Source of the DNA: an uncultured Actinomycetota bacterium
GTDB taxonomy: Bacteria > Actinomycetota > Actinomycetes > JAHEKZ01
Direction of reading: 5' to 3'
NCBI GenBank assembly: GCA_963718235.1
Contig: CAVQYR010000001.1
Span: forward strand, 896,001-960,000
Length of the DNA: 64,000 nt
Shown here: one piece after another, positions 1 to 9,170 of the stretch
Layout of the letters: every line of letters starts with the position of its first letter
Position numbering within the stretch: the first letter of the stretch is position 1
Program-made: the position numbers and the translations under genes
Notes under the pieces: generated by a model
Databases searched by the model: none
Seen by the model: only the letters and a program-made list of their open reading frames with translations
What the model was told of the DNA's origin: nothing

Positions 1-148
1 TGTCGCCGAGCCGGTCGACGAACCACTCGGCGACCCGCTGCCACCACGGGGGCTGGGCCTGTGCGTACACCGGGTCGAGCAGCTCACGCTGGGCCAGCTC
101 ACGGGCCTGCTCGGCACCCAGGTCGAGGGGCGCACCGTCCAGTCGCAC
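1..148 (-). CDS. DUF4129-type membrane protein, N-terminus (runs off window)
   Basis: GTG at 148 reads VRLDGAPLDLGAEQARELAQRELLDPVYAQAQPPWWQRV, typical of the actinobacterial gene that follows the membrane protein near mtrA. Confidence 0.6.
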   Translation of the reverse strand, partial: MRLDGAPLDLGAEQARELAQRELLDPVYAQAQPPWWQRVAEWFVDRLGD

Positions 149-154
149 CGTGGG

Positions 155-1177
155 TCAGCCCGACGTGGAGGTGGCGCGGGCCAGCTCGAGGTCCAGCCCC
201 TCGCGCCGCATCCGACGGTCGATGTAGGTGAGGGCGATCGCCGCGGCGATGAACGGGTACCCGATCGTGCCCGCGATGACCGAGCCGATGCCCGACAGCG
301 CCTGGCCGACGACGAACGCGACCTCGTTGACCGAGCCCGACTGGTCGACCGGGGGCACGACGACCGACACGATGCTGAACGGGATCGACACGGCGGTCGT
401 GATCACGCCGTAGATGACCCAGACGAGAACCAGGATCCACAGCGTGCGCCAGAAGGCGCTGCCGACCAAGGACCAGGATCGGGAGATCGCCTGGGTCACG
501 CTGGTCCGCTCGAGCACCAGGACTGCGGCGGCGAGCGAGAAGAACACGGCCAGCACCAGCCCGGGCAGGACGCAGAACAACAGCCCCACGACGACGGCCA
601 GGGTGATCAGCAGCGCCAGGCCGATCAGTCTCCAGGCGAGGGGGCGTACCCGGTCCCACGCCTCACCGATCGACAGGTCGCGCCCGAGCACCGCCTGTCC
701 GACCACCGCGGTGAGCATGCCGGTGAGCAGCACCACGCCGACGAACTGCAGCAGCAGGGCCACCAGCGACCCGACCAGGGTCGGGACGAGGGCCGTCGCG
801 AGGTCGCCCCCGTCGACGGTCTGGGGGTCGAGGTTCTCCAGGGAGGACAGCGAGCCCAGGCTCAGCAGCGACAGCAGGAACCCGACCACGGCCAGGACGG
901 CCGAGACGGCGAAGGCCAGGCCGAGCATCGGCCGCCAGTACTGGCGGATCGTGGTGATCGAGCCGTCGAGGATCTCCAGGACCGACAGGGGTCGAAGCGG
1001 GACCACCCCCGGCTTGGGTGCGGGCGGCTGCTCGCCCCAGCCCGGTGGCGGCTGCCAGGCCGGCGCCCCGTAGGGCGGCGGCTGCGCGGTCGACCAGCCC
1101 GGGGGGGCCGGCGGCGGTGGCGGTGCGGCGGCCGGCTCACCCGGCGGGACGACGGGCTGGTCCGGCTGGTCGGTCAT
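155..1177 (-). CDS. Integral membrane protein with Pro-rich N-terminus (GDPD-membrane-domain-like)
   Basis: MTDQPDQ start; PGVVPLRPL..LDG, several TM helices, C-terminal YIDRRMRREGLDLEL motif. Confidence 0.8.
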   Translation of the reverse strand: MTDQPDQPVVPPGEPAAAPPPPPAPPGWSTAQPPPYGAPAWQPPPGWGEQPPAPKPGVVPLRPLSVLEILDGSITTIRQYWRPMLGLAFAVSAVLAVVGFLLSLLSLGSLSSLENLDPQTVDGGDLATALVPTLVGSLVALLLQFVGVVLLTGMLTAVVGQAVLGRDLSIGEAWDRVRPLAWRLIGLALLITLAVVVGLLFCVLPGLVLAVFFSLAAAVLVLERTSVTQAISRSWSLVGSAFWRTLWILVLVWVIYGVITTAVSIPFSIVSVVVPPVDQSGSVNEVAFVVGQALSGIGSVIAGTIGYPFIAAAIALTYIDRRMRREGLDLELARATSTSG

Positions 1178-1292
1178 CGAGTCCCTCCGCTGGTGGCCTG
1201 GCGTCGTCATCGTGCCACGCCCGGGGGCTGCGTCCGGCCGCCCGGGCGCAGCCCTGGCCCGCGGCGGGTCGTGAGGATGCGACCATGGGCAC

Positions 1293-1970
1293 ATGAGGGG
1301 TCGAGTTCTGGTCGTCGACGACGACACCGCGCTGGCCGAGATGCTCGGCATCGTGCTTCGGGGCGAGGGGTTCGAGCCGGTGCTGTGCGCCGACGGTGAG
1401 CGCGCACTGGGCCTGTTCCGGGAGTCGCGTCCCGATCTGGTGCTGCTCGACCTGATGCTGCCGGGCAAGGACGGCATCGAGGTGTGCCGCGAGATCCGGC
1501 TGGAGTCCGGGGTGCCCATCGTCATGCTCACCGCCAAGAGCGACACGGTCGACATCGTGCTCGGGCTGGAGTCCGGTGCCGACGACTACATCGTCAAGCC
1601 CTTCAAGCCCAAGGAGCTGGTCGCCCGGATCCGCACCCGGCTGCGCCGTACCGACGAGGCGCGCCCGGAGTCGCTGACGATCGGGGACCTCGACATCGAC
1701 GTCGCCGGTCACACCGTCAAGCGCGACGGTGCGCCGATCTCCCTGACCCCGCTGGAGTTCGACCTGTTGGTGGCCTTGGCGCGCAAACCGTGGCAGGTGT
1801 TCAGCCGCGAGGTGCTGCTCGAGCAGGTCTGGGGCTACCGGCACGCCGCGGACACCCGCCTCGTCAACGTGCACGTCCAGCGGCTGCGCTCCAAGATCGA
1901 GCGGGACCCGGAGAACCCGGAGATCGTCGTCACCGTCCGCGGCGTCGGCTACAAGGCCGGACCGGCCTGA
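1293..1970 (+). CDS. mtrA: Two-component response regulator MtrA
   Basis: OmpR-type receiver plus wHTH; GYRHAADTRLVNVHVQRLRSK; mtrAB-lpqB synteny. Confidence 0.97.
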   Translation: MRGRVLVVDDDTALAEMLGIVLRGEGFEPVLCADGERALGLFRESRPDLVLLDLMLPGKDGIEVCREIRLESGVPIVMLTAKSDTVDIVLGLESGADDYIVKPFKPKELVARIRTRLRRTDEARPESLTIGDLDIDVAGHTVKRDGAPISLTPLEFDLLVALARKPWQVFSREVLLEQVWGYRHAADTRLVNVHVQRLRSKIERDPENPEIVVTVRGVGYKAGPA

Positions 1971-1993
1971 CCGCGCGGTTGGGCCGGGCGACC

Positions 1994-3655
1994 ATGGATG
2001 CCTTCATCGACCCGTTTCGACGAGCCGCCCGCTCGGTGCGGCGACGCTGGCGCGGGTCGCTGCAGCTTCGTGTGGTGGCCACCACCCTGGCGCTGTCCCT
2101 CGTCGTCCTGGTGGTCCTGGGGCAGGTCCTGGTGGGTCGGATCACCGACGGCCTCCTCGAGGCCAAGTTGCAGACGTCGTTGGTCGAGGCGCGGTCCGGG
2201 CTGAACCAGGCGCAGGCCCTGGTCGAGGCGTCCGACCGCACCGACGCCGCGGGGGCGACCCGCCTGGTCGACCAGATCGTCGTCCAGCTGGCCAACGGCG
2301 GGGCCGGCATCCCGCGGCTGTACGACGTGCTGCTGCTGAGCTCCTCGGCCGTGGTCCCCCAGCGCGGGTCGAGCCTGGTCTCGGAGACCAGCGTGCCGGA
2401 CGACCTGCGCACCGCCGTCGAGGACGGCCAGCGGCAGGCCTGGGCCTACACCGAGCTGCGCTCGAGCGACGACCGCACGCCCGAGCCCGCCCTCGCCGTC
2501 GGGGCGCCGCTGCAGGTGCCGGGGCTGGGCAGCTACGAGCTGTACTACCTGTTCCCGCTGGCCTCGGAGCAGGCGACGCTGAGCCTGGTGCAGCGGGCCC
2601 TGGCGATCGCAGGGGTCGTCCTGGTGGCCCTGCTCGGCTGGATCGCCTGGTTCGTCACCCGACAGGTGGTCGACCCGGTCCGCTACGCGTCGACCGTCGC
2701 CCAGCGGCTGTCGGCTGGGGTGCTGTCGGAGCGGATGGCCGTGACCGGCGACGACGACCTGGCGGCTCTGGCGCGTTCGTTCAACCAGATGGCCGACAGC
2801 CTGCAGACCCAGATCGGCCAGCTCGAGGAGCTGTCCCGGGTGCAGCGGCGGTTCGTCTCCGACGTCTCGCACGAGCTGCGCACCCCGCTCACCACCGTGC
2901 GGATGGCCTCCGACGTCCTGTACGAGACCCGCGAGGACTTCGACCCGACGACCGCTCGGGCCGCCGAGCTGCTGCAGAACCAGCTCGACCGGTTCGAGTC
3001 CCTGCTCGTCGACCTGCTGGAGATCAGCCGGTTCGACGCCGGAGCGGCCGTCTTGGACCCGACCTCCGTGGACGTGCGCGACCTGGTGGCCCATGCGGTC
3101 GATGCCGCAATGCCCCTGGCCCAGCAGCGCGGCTGCACCCTGACCGTGGCCGCGCCACCTCAGCCCTGCCGGGCCGAGCTGGACACCCGCCGGATCGACC
3201 GGGTCGTGCGCAACCTGCTGGCCAACGCCATCGAGCACAGCGAGGGCCGCCCGGTGGTCGTGACGATCGGGGGCGACGAGGAGGCCGTGGCGATCGCCGT
3301 GCGCGACCACGGGGTCGGGCTGCGTCCCGGCGACTCTTCGCTGGTCTTCAACCGCTTCTGGCGGGCCGACCCGGCGCGGGCCCGGACCACCGGCGGGACC
3401 GGACTCGGCCTGGCGATCTCCCTGGAGGACGCGCGGCTGCACGGGGGCTGGCTGCAGGCCTGGGGGGAGCCGGGCGACGGGGCGAACTTCCGGCTGACCC
3501 TGCCGCGGCGCCCCGACATCGACCTGACTTCCTCGCCGCTGCCGCTGCAGCCGCCCGACGCCTCGACCCGGCGGCGCGCCCCGGTGTCGGTCGGTGGCCC
3601 GCCCACGTGGCGCCCCCGCCCGGACCAGTCGACCTCGGCCGAACGCCATGGGTAG
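1994..3655 (+). CDS. mtrB: Sensor histidine kinase MtrB
   Basis: TM, HAMP, FVSDVSHELRTPLTT H-box, FWRADPARARTTGGTGLGLAI; ATG at 1994. Confidence 0.95.
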   Translation: MDAFIDPFRRAARSVRRRWRGSLQLRVVATTLALSLVVLVVLGQVLVGRITDGLLEAKLQTSLVEARSGLNQAQALVEASDRTDAAGATRLVDQIVVQLANGGAGIPRLYDVLLLSSSAVVPQRGSSLVSETSVPDDLRTAVEDGQRQAWAYTELRSSDDRTPEPALAVGAPLQVPGLGSYELYYLFPLASEQATLSLVQRALAIAGVVLVALLGWIAWFVTRQVVDPVRYASTVAQRLSAGVLSERMAVTGDDDLAALARSFNQMADSLQTQIGQLEELSRVQRRFVSDVSHELRTPLTTVRMASDVLYETREDFDPTTARAAELLQNQLDRFESLLVDLLEISRFDAGAAVLDPTSVDVRDLVAHAVDAAMPLAQQRGCTLTVAAPPQPCRAELDTRRIDRVVRNLLANAIEHSEGRPVVVTIGGDEEAVAIAVRDHGVGLRPGDSSLVFNRFWRADPARARTTGGTGLGLAISLEDARLHGGWLQAWGEPGDGANFRLTLPRRPDIDLTSSPLPLQPPDASTRRRAPVSVGGPPTWRPRPDQSTSAERHG

Positions 3656-5390
3656 GTCCCGCGGGCCGGCCGGGATGCTCGCTCTGCTGCTCGCCGTGCT
3701 GGTCCCGCTGGTCGCGGTCGCGAGCGTCCTCGGCGGGTGCGCGAGCATCCCCTCCTCCGGTCCGGTCCGCCAGGGCGAGGAGGTCCAGGCCGCGGTCGAC
3801 GAGCCGTTCATCCGGGTCCTTCCACAGGCCCCGGCTCCCGGTCTCGCGCCGGTCGCCGTCGTCCGAGGGTTCCTGGCCGCCTCGGCGAGCTTCGAAGGTG
3901 ACCACGAGGTCGCGCGCCAGTTCCTCACGCCGGCCGCCTCGGACACGTGGGACGCCACGGCCGGGGTCCTGGTCTACGACGACGAGCGCGGTTTCTCGCT
4001 GCGGGCGACCGACCGCCGCCGGGTGGAGTTCCGCGCCGACGCGTTCGCCACCATCGACGCCGACGGCTCGCTGACGCCCCGGCAGAACACGACGACCACG
4101 ACCGACTTCGGCGTGGCCCGGGTCGACGGCGAGTGGCGGATCTCCGAGCTCCCCGACGGGCTGTTCCTCACCCGACTCGACGTCGCGCGCTCCTACCGGG
4201 CCCTGGACCTGTTCTTCGTCTCCGGACAGGGGTCGTTCCTGGTTCCTGACCCGGTCTACGTCCCGATCGTCCGCCCTGGCTCGGCGACGAGCCTGATGCG
4301 GGCGCTGCTGGGCGGCCCGACCCCCTGGCTCGCGCCCGCGGTGCGGACCGCGTTCCCGGTCGGCACGTCGCTGGTCGTCGACGCCGTCCCGGTCGAGAAC
4401 GGGATCGCCCAGGTGAACCTGTCCAGCGAGGTGCTCACGGCCACTGACGCGGAGCTGTCGGCACTGACCGCTCAGACGGTGTGGACGTTGAGCCAGCTGC
4501 CCGAGGTGACCGGGATCCGGATCACCGCGGACGGCAGCAACCTCAGCCTGCCGGGTGGGGCCTTCGTCCAGACCGAGGCCGACTGGAGCGGGTTCGACCC
4601 CAATGCCTCGCCCAGCACCGTCGCCGGACTGGCCGTGGCCGGCCAGCGGGTGGTCCAGATCAACGGTGACGCCCTCGTCGCGGTGCCCGGTCCGTTCGGT
4701 GACGGCACCTACGCCCTGCGTGGCCCCACCGCCAACTGGGTCGGGGACCAGCTGGCTGCGGTGACCGCCGACGGTCGGCAGCTGCTCGTCCAGGAACGGG
4801 CCGAGCCGCAGCGGGTGAGCCGGGTGTTCACCGGCGAGGACCTCGCCGCCCCCTCCTACGACGGCGACGGCCTGCTGTGGTTCGTGGACCGGACCGACCG
4901 GGGCAGTGTCGTGCGGGTCGTCGACGACACGGGCAAGGTGCGTCGGGTGGCCGCACCGGGTCTGGCCCGCCGCTTCGTGGTGGAGCTGCGGGTGTCGCGT
5001 GACGGAGCCAGGGCCGCGGTCGTCGTGCAACGACCGGGCGGCAGCGGTCAGCTGCTGCTGGCCCGGCTGGAGCGTTCCGGGTCCCGGGTCAGCCTGTCCG
5101 GTCTGCGCCCGCTGGAGCGCACGCTGACCGACGCGTCGTCGGTGGCGTGGCCGGCGTCGGACCGCCTCGTCGTGCTGGCCCGGCAGCGCGGGGCCGCGGT
5201 CCAGCCCTGGCTCGTGGGGCTGGACGGCCTGGTCGCCCCGACGGGTGGGTCGCTGCCCGGCCTGGTGTCGGTGGCGGCCGCGCCGCAGCGGCCGCTGCTG
5301 GTGGGGACCACCGACGGTCGCCTCTGGGAGGACACCGGCCTGAGCTGGCGCGAGGTGGCGCGGGGGTTCGACCCCAGCTACGCGGGCTGA
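3648..5390 (+). CDS. lpqB: Lipoprotein LpqB (GerMN plus beta-propeller)
   Basis: Lipobox LGGC followed by ASIPSSGPV; GerMN-like LLGGPTPWL; third gene of the mtr operon. Confidence 0.9.
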   Translation: MGRSRGPAGMLALLLAVLVPLVAVASVLGGCASIPSSGPVRQGEEVQAAVDEPFIRVLPQAPAPGLAPVAVVRGFLAASASFEGDHEVARQFLTPAASDTWDATAGVLVYDDERGFSLRATDRRRVEFRADAFATIDADGSLTPRQNTTTTTDFGVARVDGEWRISELPDGLFLTRLDVARSYRALDLFFVSGQGSFLVPDPVYVPIVRPGSATSLMRALLGGPTPWLAPAVRTAFPVGTSLVVDAVPVENGIAQVNLSSEVLTATDAELSALTAQTVWTLSQLPEVTGIRITADGSNLSLPGGAFVQTEADWSGFDPNASPSTVAGLAVAGQRVVQINGDALVAVPGPFGDGTYALRGPTANWVGDQLAAVTADGRQLLVQERAEPQRVSRVFTGEDLAAPSYDGDGLLWFVDRTDRGSVVRVVDDTGKVRRVAAPGLARRFVVELRVSRDGARAAVVVQRPGGSGQLLLARLERSGSRVSLSGLRPLERTLTDASSVAWPASDRLVVLARQRGAAVQPWLVGLDGLVAPTGGSLPGLVSVAAAPQRPLLVGTTDGRLWEDTGLSWREVARGFDPSYAG

Positions 5391-5394
5391 CCCG

Positions 5395-5449
5395 GTCGTC
5401 CCCAGGGCCGGTTGCCTCCGCCACGCCCACGCGGGTCGGCGGCCACGGT
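5395..5449 (+). promoter_or_regulatory. DnaA-box-like motif GTCGTCCCCAG (5395-5405) plus -10 CACGGT (5444-5449) of comF
   Basis: 9-mer core ends 39 nt before the -10; ATG 6 nt after the -10 (leaderless pattern); same geometry at tadA. Confidence 0.5.
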
Positions 5450-5455
5450 GCTGCG

Positions 5456-6190
5456 ATGGCGGCGACCAGCGGGTGGGTCGAGCGGGCCTGGGCCGGGTTC
5501 GCCGACCTCGTGCTCGGTCTGGAGTGTGCCGGGTGCGGTCGACCGGGATCCGGCTGGTGCGGCGCCTGTGACCGAGCGCTGCAGGGCCCGCTGGTGCCCG
5601 GTCCCTCGCGGTCGGTGGGGGTCCCCGTGGTGGCGTGCGCGCCGTACGACGGGGCGGTGCGGGCTGCGCTGATCGCGCACAAGGAGCAGGGCCGCCTCGC
5701 CCTGGTCCGCCCGCTGGGTGACGCGCTCGCCCGCGCGGTCCGGGGCCTCGACCTGCCGGGTCCGGTGCTGCTGGTGCCCGTCCCGTCGTCGCCCGCGGTC
5801 GTACGACGACGCGGGCACGACCATGCGCTCCGGCTCGCTCGTCGGGCCGGCCGGGTCCTGGGCGAGGGCGGGGTCCGCGTCCCCGTCGCGGCGTGGCTGC
5901 GCAGCCAGGGCTCGGTCCGCGACCAGGTCGGTCTCGACGTCGCCCAGCGCCGGGTCAACAAGGAGTCGACGACCCTGGTGCGTGGCGTCGTCGGGGGAGG
6001 AGGTCGGCTCCCGGTGGTCGTCGTCGACGACATCGTGACGACCGGTGCCAGCCTGGCAGCGTCCGTCGGTCGGCTGCGGGCCTTCGGTGTCGTCGTCGTG
6101 GGGGCCGCAACGGTGGCCGCCGTCGAGCGTCGCAGGACCGCCCACCACCCGAACCGCGGTGTCGAGCCGGCCGGTCCTCCGATAGCGTGA
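5456..6190 (+). CDS. comF: ComF family (double zinc ribbon plus phosphoribosyltransferase)
   Basis: CAGC..WCGAC, RRRGHDH, VVVVDDIVTTGASL; located between lpqB and hpf. Confidence 0.9.
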   Translation: MAATSGWVERAWAGFADLVLGLECAGCGRPGSGWCGACDRALQGPLVPGPSRSVGVPVVACAPYDGAVRAALIAHKEQGRLALVRPLGDALARAVRGLDLPGPVLLVPVPSSPAVVRRRGHDHALRLARRAGRVLGEGGVRVPVAAWLRSQGSVRDQVGLDVAQRRVNKESTTLVRGVVGGGGRLPVVVVDDIVTTGASLAASVGRLRAFGVVVVGAATVAAVERRRTAHHPNRGVEPAGPPIA

Positions 6191-6196
6191 GGACAT

Positions 6197-6471
6197 GGCA
6201 CCCGCCCGGGTCCGTGGTTGCGTCATCGATGTCTCTCGCACGCCTCGGCGTGCGCTGCGACGTCGTGACAAGCCGATGCCAGTCGCAGGCGAAACGGCCC
6301 ACGTAAGGCGACTTCTCGTCGTCCGATCACGGTGCGGCTTAGGAGTAAGTCCTGCCCTGCCGGTCGCCCAGATGGCGACCGACCCAGGAGAAGGGGAGTA
6401 GTGGCCACGAGGCTGCGAGACCCTCGGCAGGCGAATGTGGGGTCGAAGACCAGGTCGGCCGGGCGGGTGCC
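6197..6471 (+). ncRNA. raiA motif RNA
   Basis: Conserved blocks GTGGTTG, AAGCCGATGCCAGTCGCAGGCGAAAC, CCACGTAAG, GGTGCGGCTTAGGAGTAAGTCCTGCC, AGTAGTG, GCAGGCGAATGTGGGGTCGAAGACCAGGTC; 13-bp closing stem 6197-6209/6459-6471; comF-raiA context; -10 TAGCGT at 6183. Confidence 0.92.
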
Positions 6472-6508
6472 GCCCGCAGTGCCGCACGTCGAGTGGGGAG
6501 GACCATTC

Positions 6509-7150
6509 ATGGACATCGTCGTCAGAGGACGTCACACCGACGTCTCGGACCGGTTCCGTGAGCACGCCGCCAGCAAGCTGGCCAAGGTCGAGCGCTACGA
6601 CAGCAAGTGCCATCGGGTGGACGTCGAGGTGTCGGCCGAGAGCAACCCGCGACTCGCCGACCAGTCGGTGCGGGTCGAGATCACCTGTCATGGGAAAGGT
6701 CCGGTCATCCGCGGGGAGGCCTCGGCGGCCGAGAAGTACGTCGCCCTCGACCTGGCCTACGCCCGGCTCGAGGAGCGGCTGCGGCGGGCCGCCGACAAGC
6801 GCGCCGACCACGGACGCCGCCAGGCCCGCGCCTCCGAGCGGCAGGGGGCCGCGCCGGCGACCGGCCGGGGGGCGAACGGCGCGGTCGCGCCGAGCGAGGA
6901 GACGATGACGGCGGTGGTCACGGCGACCACCGTGGCGGGCATCGAGGTGCACGGCGACGGCCCGCTGGTCGTCCGCGAGAAGGTGCACGCCACCACCCCG
7001 ATGACGCTGGACCAGGCCCTGTACGAGATGGAGCTGCTCGGCCACGACTTCTTCCTCTTCGTGGACCAGGCGTCCGGCCGGCCGAGCGTGGTCTACCGCC
7101 GCAAGGGGTATGACTACGGAGTGATCCACCTCGACGTCGAGCCGGGTTGA
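6509..7150 (+). CDS. hpf: Ribosome hibernation factor HPF/RaiA (long form)
   Basis: MDIVVRGRH..., C-terminal MTLDQALYEMELLGHDFFLF...VVYRRKGYDYGVI; RBS GGAGG. Confidence 0.95.
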   Translation: MDIVVRGRHTDVSDRFREHAASKLAKVERYDSKCHRVDVEVSAESNPRLADQSVRVEITCHGKGPVIRGEASAAEKYVALDLAYARLEERLRRAADKRADHGRRQARASERQGAAPATGRGANGAVAPSEETMTAVVTATTVAGIEVHGDGPLVVREKVHATTPMTLDQALYEMELLGHDFFLFVDQASGRPSVVYRRKGYDYGVIHLDVEPG

Positions 7151-7218
7151 GCCGATCGGGTGGTGTGAACCCGTCCGAACCCTGACCCTTTCGGGCCGGG
7201 GCGTGGCACCATGATCAG

Positions 7219-7920
7219 GTGACCGAGGTCCCCGAGGACGCCAGCGTCCCGTTGAGCGAGCCGATCCGAGTGCTCGTCGTCGACGACCACGCCCTCTTCC
7301 GGCGCGGGCTGGAGATCGTGCTGGTCCAGGAGCCCGACATCGACGTCGTGGGCGAGGCGAGCGACGGCGAGGAAGCGGTGTCCGTGGCCGCGGACCTCCT
7401 GCCCGACATCGTGCTGATGGACATCCGGATGCCCAAGGGGTCCGGCATCGACGCCTGCACGGCGATCAAGGACCTCGTCCCGAGCGCGCGGATCGTCATG
7501 CTCACCATGAGCGACGAGGAGGCCGACCTCTACGAGGCGATCAAGGCCGGGGCGTCGGGGTACCTGCTCAAGGAGATCCCGATCGACGAGGTCGCTGCCG
7601 CGATCCGGGCGGTCCACACCGGCCAGTCGCTGATCAGTCCGGCGATGGCCGGCAAGCTGCTCACCGAGTTCGCCTCGATGATGCGCGAGCCGGTCGACCA
7701 GCCTCGGTCGTTGGCGGCCCCGCGGCTCACCGACCGTGAGCTGCAGGTGCTCAAGCTCGTGGCGCGCGGCATGAACAACCGCGACATCGCCAAGGAGCTG
7801 TTCATCTCCGAGAACACGGTGAAGAACCACATCCGCAACATCCTGGAGAAGCTGCAGCTGCACTCCCGGATGGAGGCCGTGGTCTACGCCGTCCGCGAGA
7901 AGCTGCTCGAGATCACCTGA
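7219..7920 (+). CDS. NarL/LuxR-family response regulator (orphan)
   Basis: VVDDH..MDIRMP receiver; LTDRELQVL..ISENTVKNHIRNILEKL HTH. Confidence 0.93.
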   Translation: MTEVPEDASVPLSEPIRVLVVDDHALFRRGLEIVLVQEPDIDVVGEASDGEEAVSVAADLLPDIVLMDIRMPKGSGIDACTAIKDLVPSARIVMLTMSDEEADLYEAIKAGASGYLLKEIPIDEVAAAIRAVHTGQSLISPAMAGKLLTEFASMMREPVDQPRSLAAPRLTDRELQVLKLVARGMNNRDIAKELFISENTVKNHIRNILEKLQLHSRMEAVVYAVREKLLEIT

Positions 7921-7923
7921 CGC

Positions 7924-9141
7924 GTGGCCCGCGAGCAGCTCAGCCTGGCCCAGGCCCGGCGGGTGGCCCTGGCCGCCCAGGGGTTCGGCGACGCCCGCTT
8001 CGCCGACCGCTCCAGGACCCCTGACCTTCGGACGCTCAAGCGCGTCGTCGCCCGCACCGGGCTCCTGCAGATCGACTCGGTCAACGTGCTGGTGCGGGCG
8101 CACTACCTGCCGGTGTTCAGCCGGGTCGGGCCCTACCCCCGTGAGCTGGTCGAGCGGGCGGCCTACCGCCGGCCACGGGCGCTGTTCGAGTACTGGGGTC
8201 ACGAGGCGAGCCTGCTGCCGGTAGCGGTGCAGCCGCTGTTCCGCTGGCGGATGGCCGAGGCGATGGACCATGCCTGGGGCGGCATGCGACGGGTCGCTCA
8301 GGAGCGCCCCGAGCTGCTGGGTGCGCTGGTGGCCGACGTGGCCGCCGAGGGGCCCCTGACGGCCTCCGAGCTGGCCGCCCGCCACGACAGGGACCGGCCC
8401 CGGCGCACCGGACCCTGGTGGGACTGGTCGGACGTGAAGCGGTCGCTGGAGTTCCTGTTCTGGTCCGGGCAGGTCACCACGGCCACCCGGAGGGGCTTCG
8501 AGCGGGCCTACGACCTGCCCGAGCGGGTGCTGCCGCGGGAGGTGCTCGACACCCCCACGCCGTCCCGGGAGGACGCCCAGCGCGAGCTGCTGCGGCGGTC
8601 GATCCGCTCGCTGGGAGTCGCGGCGGCCCGCGACCTGCGTGACTACTACCGGCTGCCCGCCGCCGATGCCAAGACGCGGATCGCCGAGCTCGTCGAGTCC
8701 GGCGAGCTCGCACCGGTCTCGGTCGAGGGTTGGCGGCAGCCCGGCTACCTCGACCCGTCGGCCCGGGTGCCCCGTCAGGTGTCGGCGAGCGCCCTGCTCG
8801 TTCCCTTCGACCCGCTGGTCTGGGAGCGCGACCGTACCGAGCGGCTGTTCGGCTTCCGCTACCGGATCGAGATCTACGTGCCGGCCTCCGCGCGGGTGCA
8901 CGGCTACTACGTGCTGCCCTTCCTGCTCGACGAGGCGCTGGTGGCCCGGGTCGACCTCAAGGCCGACCGGACGGCCGGGGTCCTGCGGGTGCAGGGCGCG
9001 TTCGCCGAGCCGGGCGCCCCGGCGGAGACCGCCGAGCGGCTGGGCCGCGAGCTCGCATCGATGGCCGAGTGGCTCGACCTGTCCGGCGTCGAGGTCATCC
9101 CCAACGGAGACCTCGCCCGCCCGCTCGCCGCTGCCGTCTGA
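7924..9141 (+). CDS. YcaQ/AlkZ-family (HTH_42) crosslink-repair DNA glycosylase
   Basis: LQIDSVNVL QxD motif, FEYWGHEA, PFDPLVWER..RLFGFRYRIEIYVP..GYYVLP. Confidence 0.9.
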   Translation: MAREQLSLAQARRVALAAQGFGDARFADRSRTPDLRTLKRVVARTGLLQIDSVNVLVRAHYLPVFSRVGPYPRELVERAAYRRPRALFEYWGHEASLLPVAVQPLFRWRMAEAMDHAWGGMRRVAQERPELLGALVADVAAEGPLTASELAARHDRDRPRRTGPWWDWSDVKRSLEFLFWSGQVTTATRRGFERAYDLPERVLPREVLDTPTPSREDAQRELLRRSIRSLGVAAARDLRDYYRLPAADAKTRIAELVESGELAPVSVEGWRQPGYLDPSARVPRQVSASALLVPFDPLVWERDRTERLFGFRYRIEIYVPASARVHGYYVLPFLLDEALVARVDLKADRTAGVLRVQGAFAEPGAPAETAERLGRELASMAEWLDLSGVEVIPNGDLARPLAAAV

Positions 9142-9170
9142 GGGCGCGCGGAGCGACCCGACCGGGCCGG

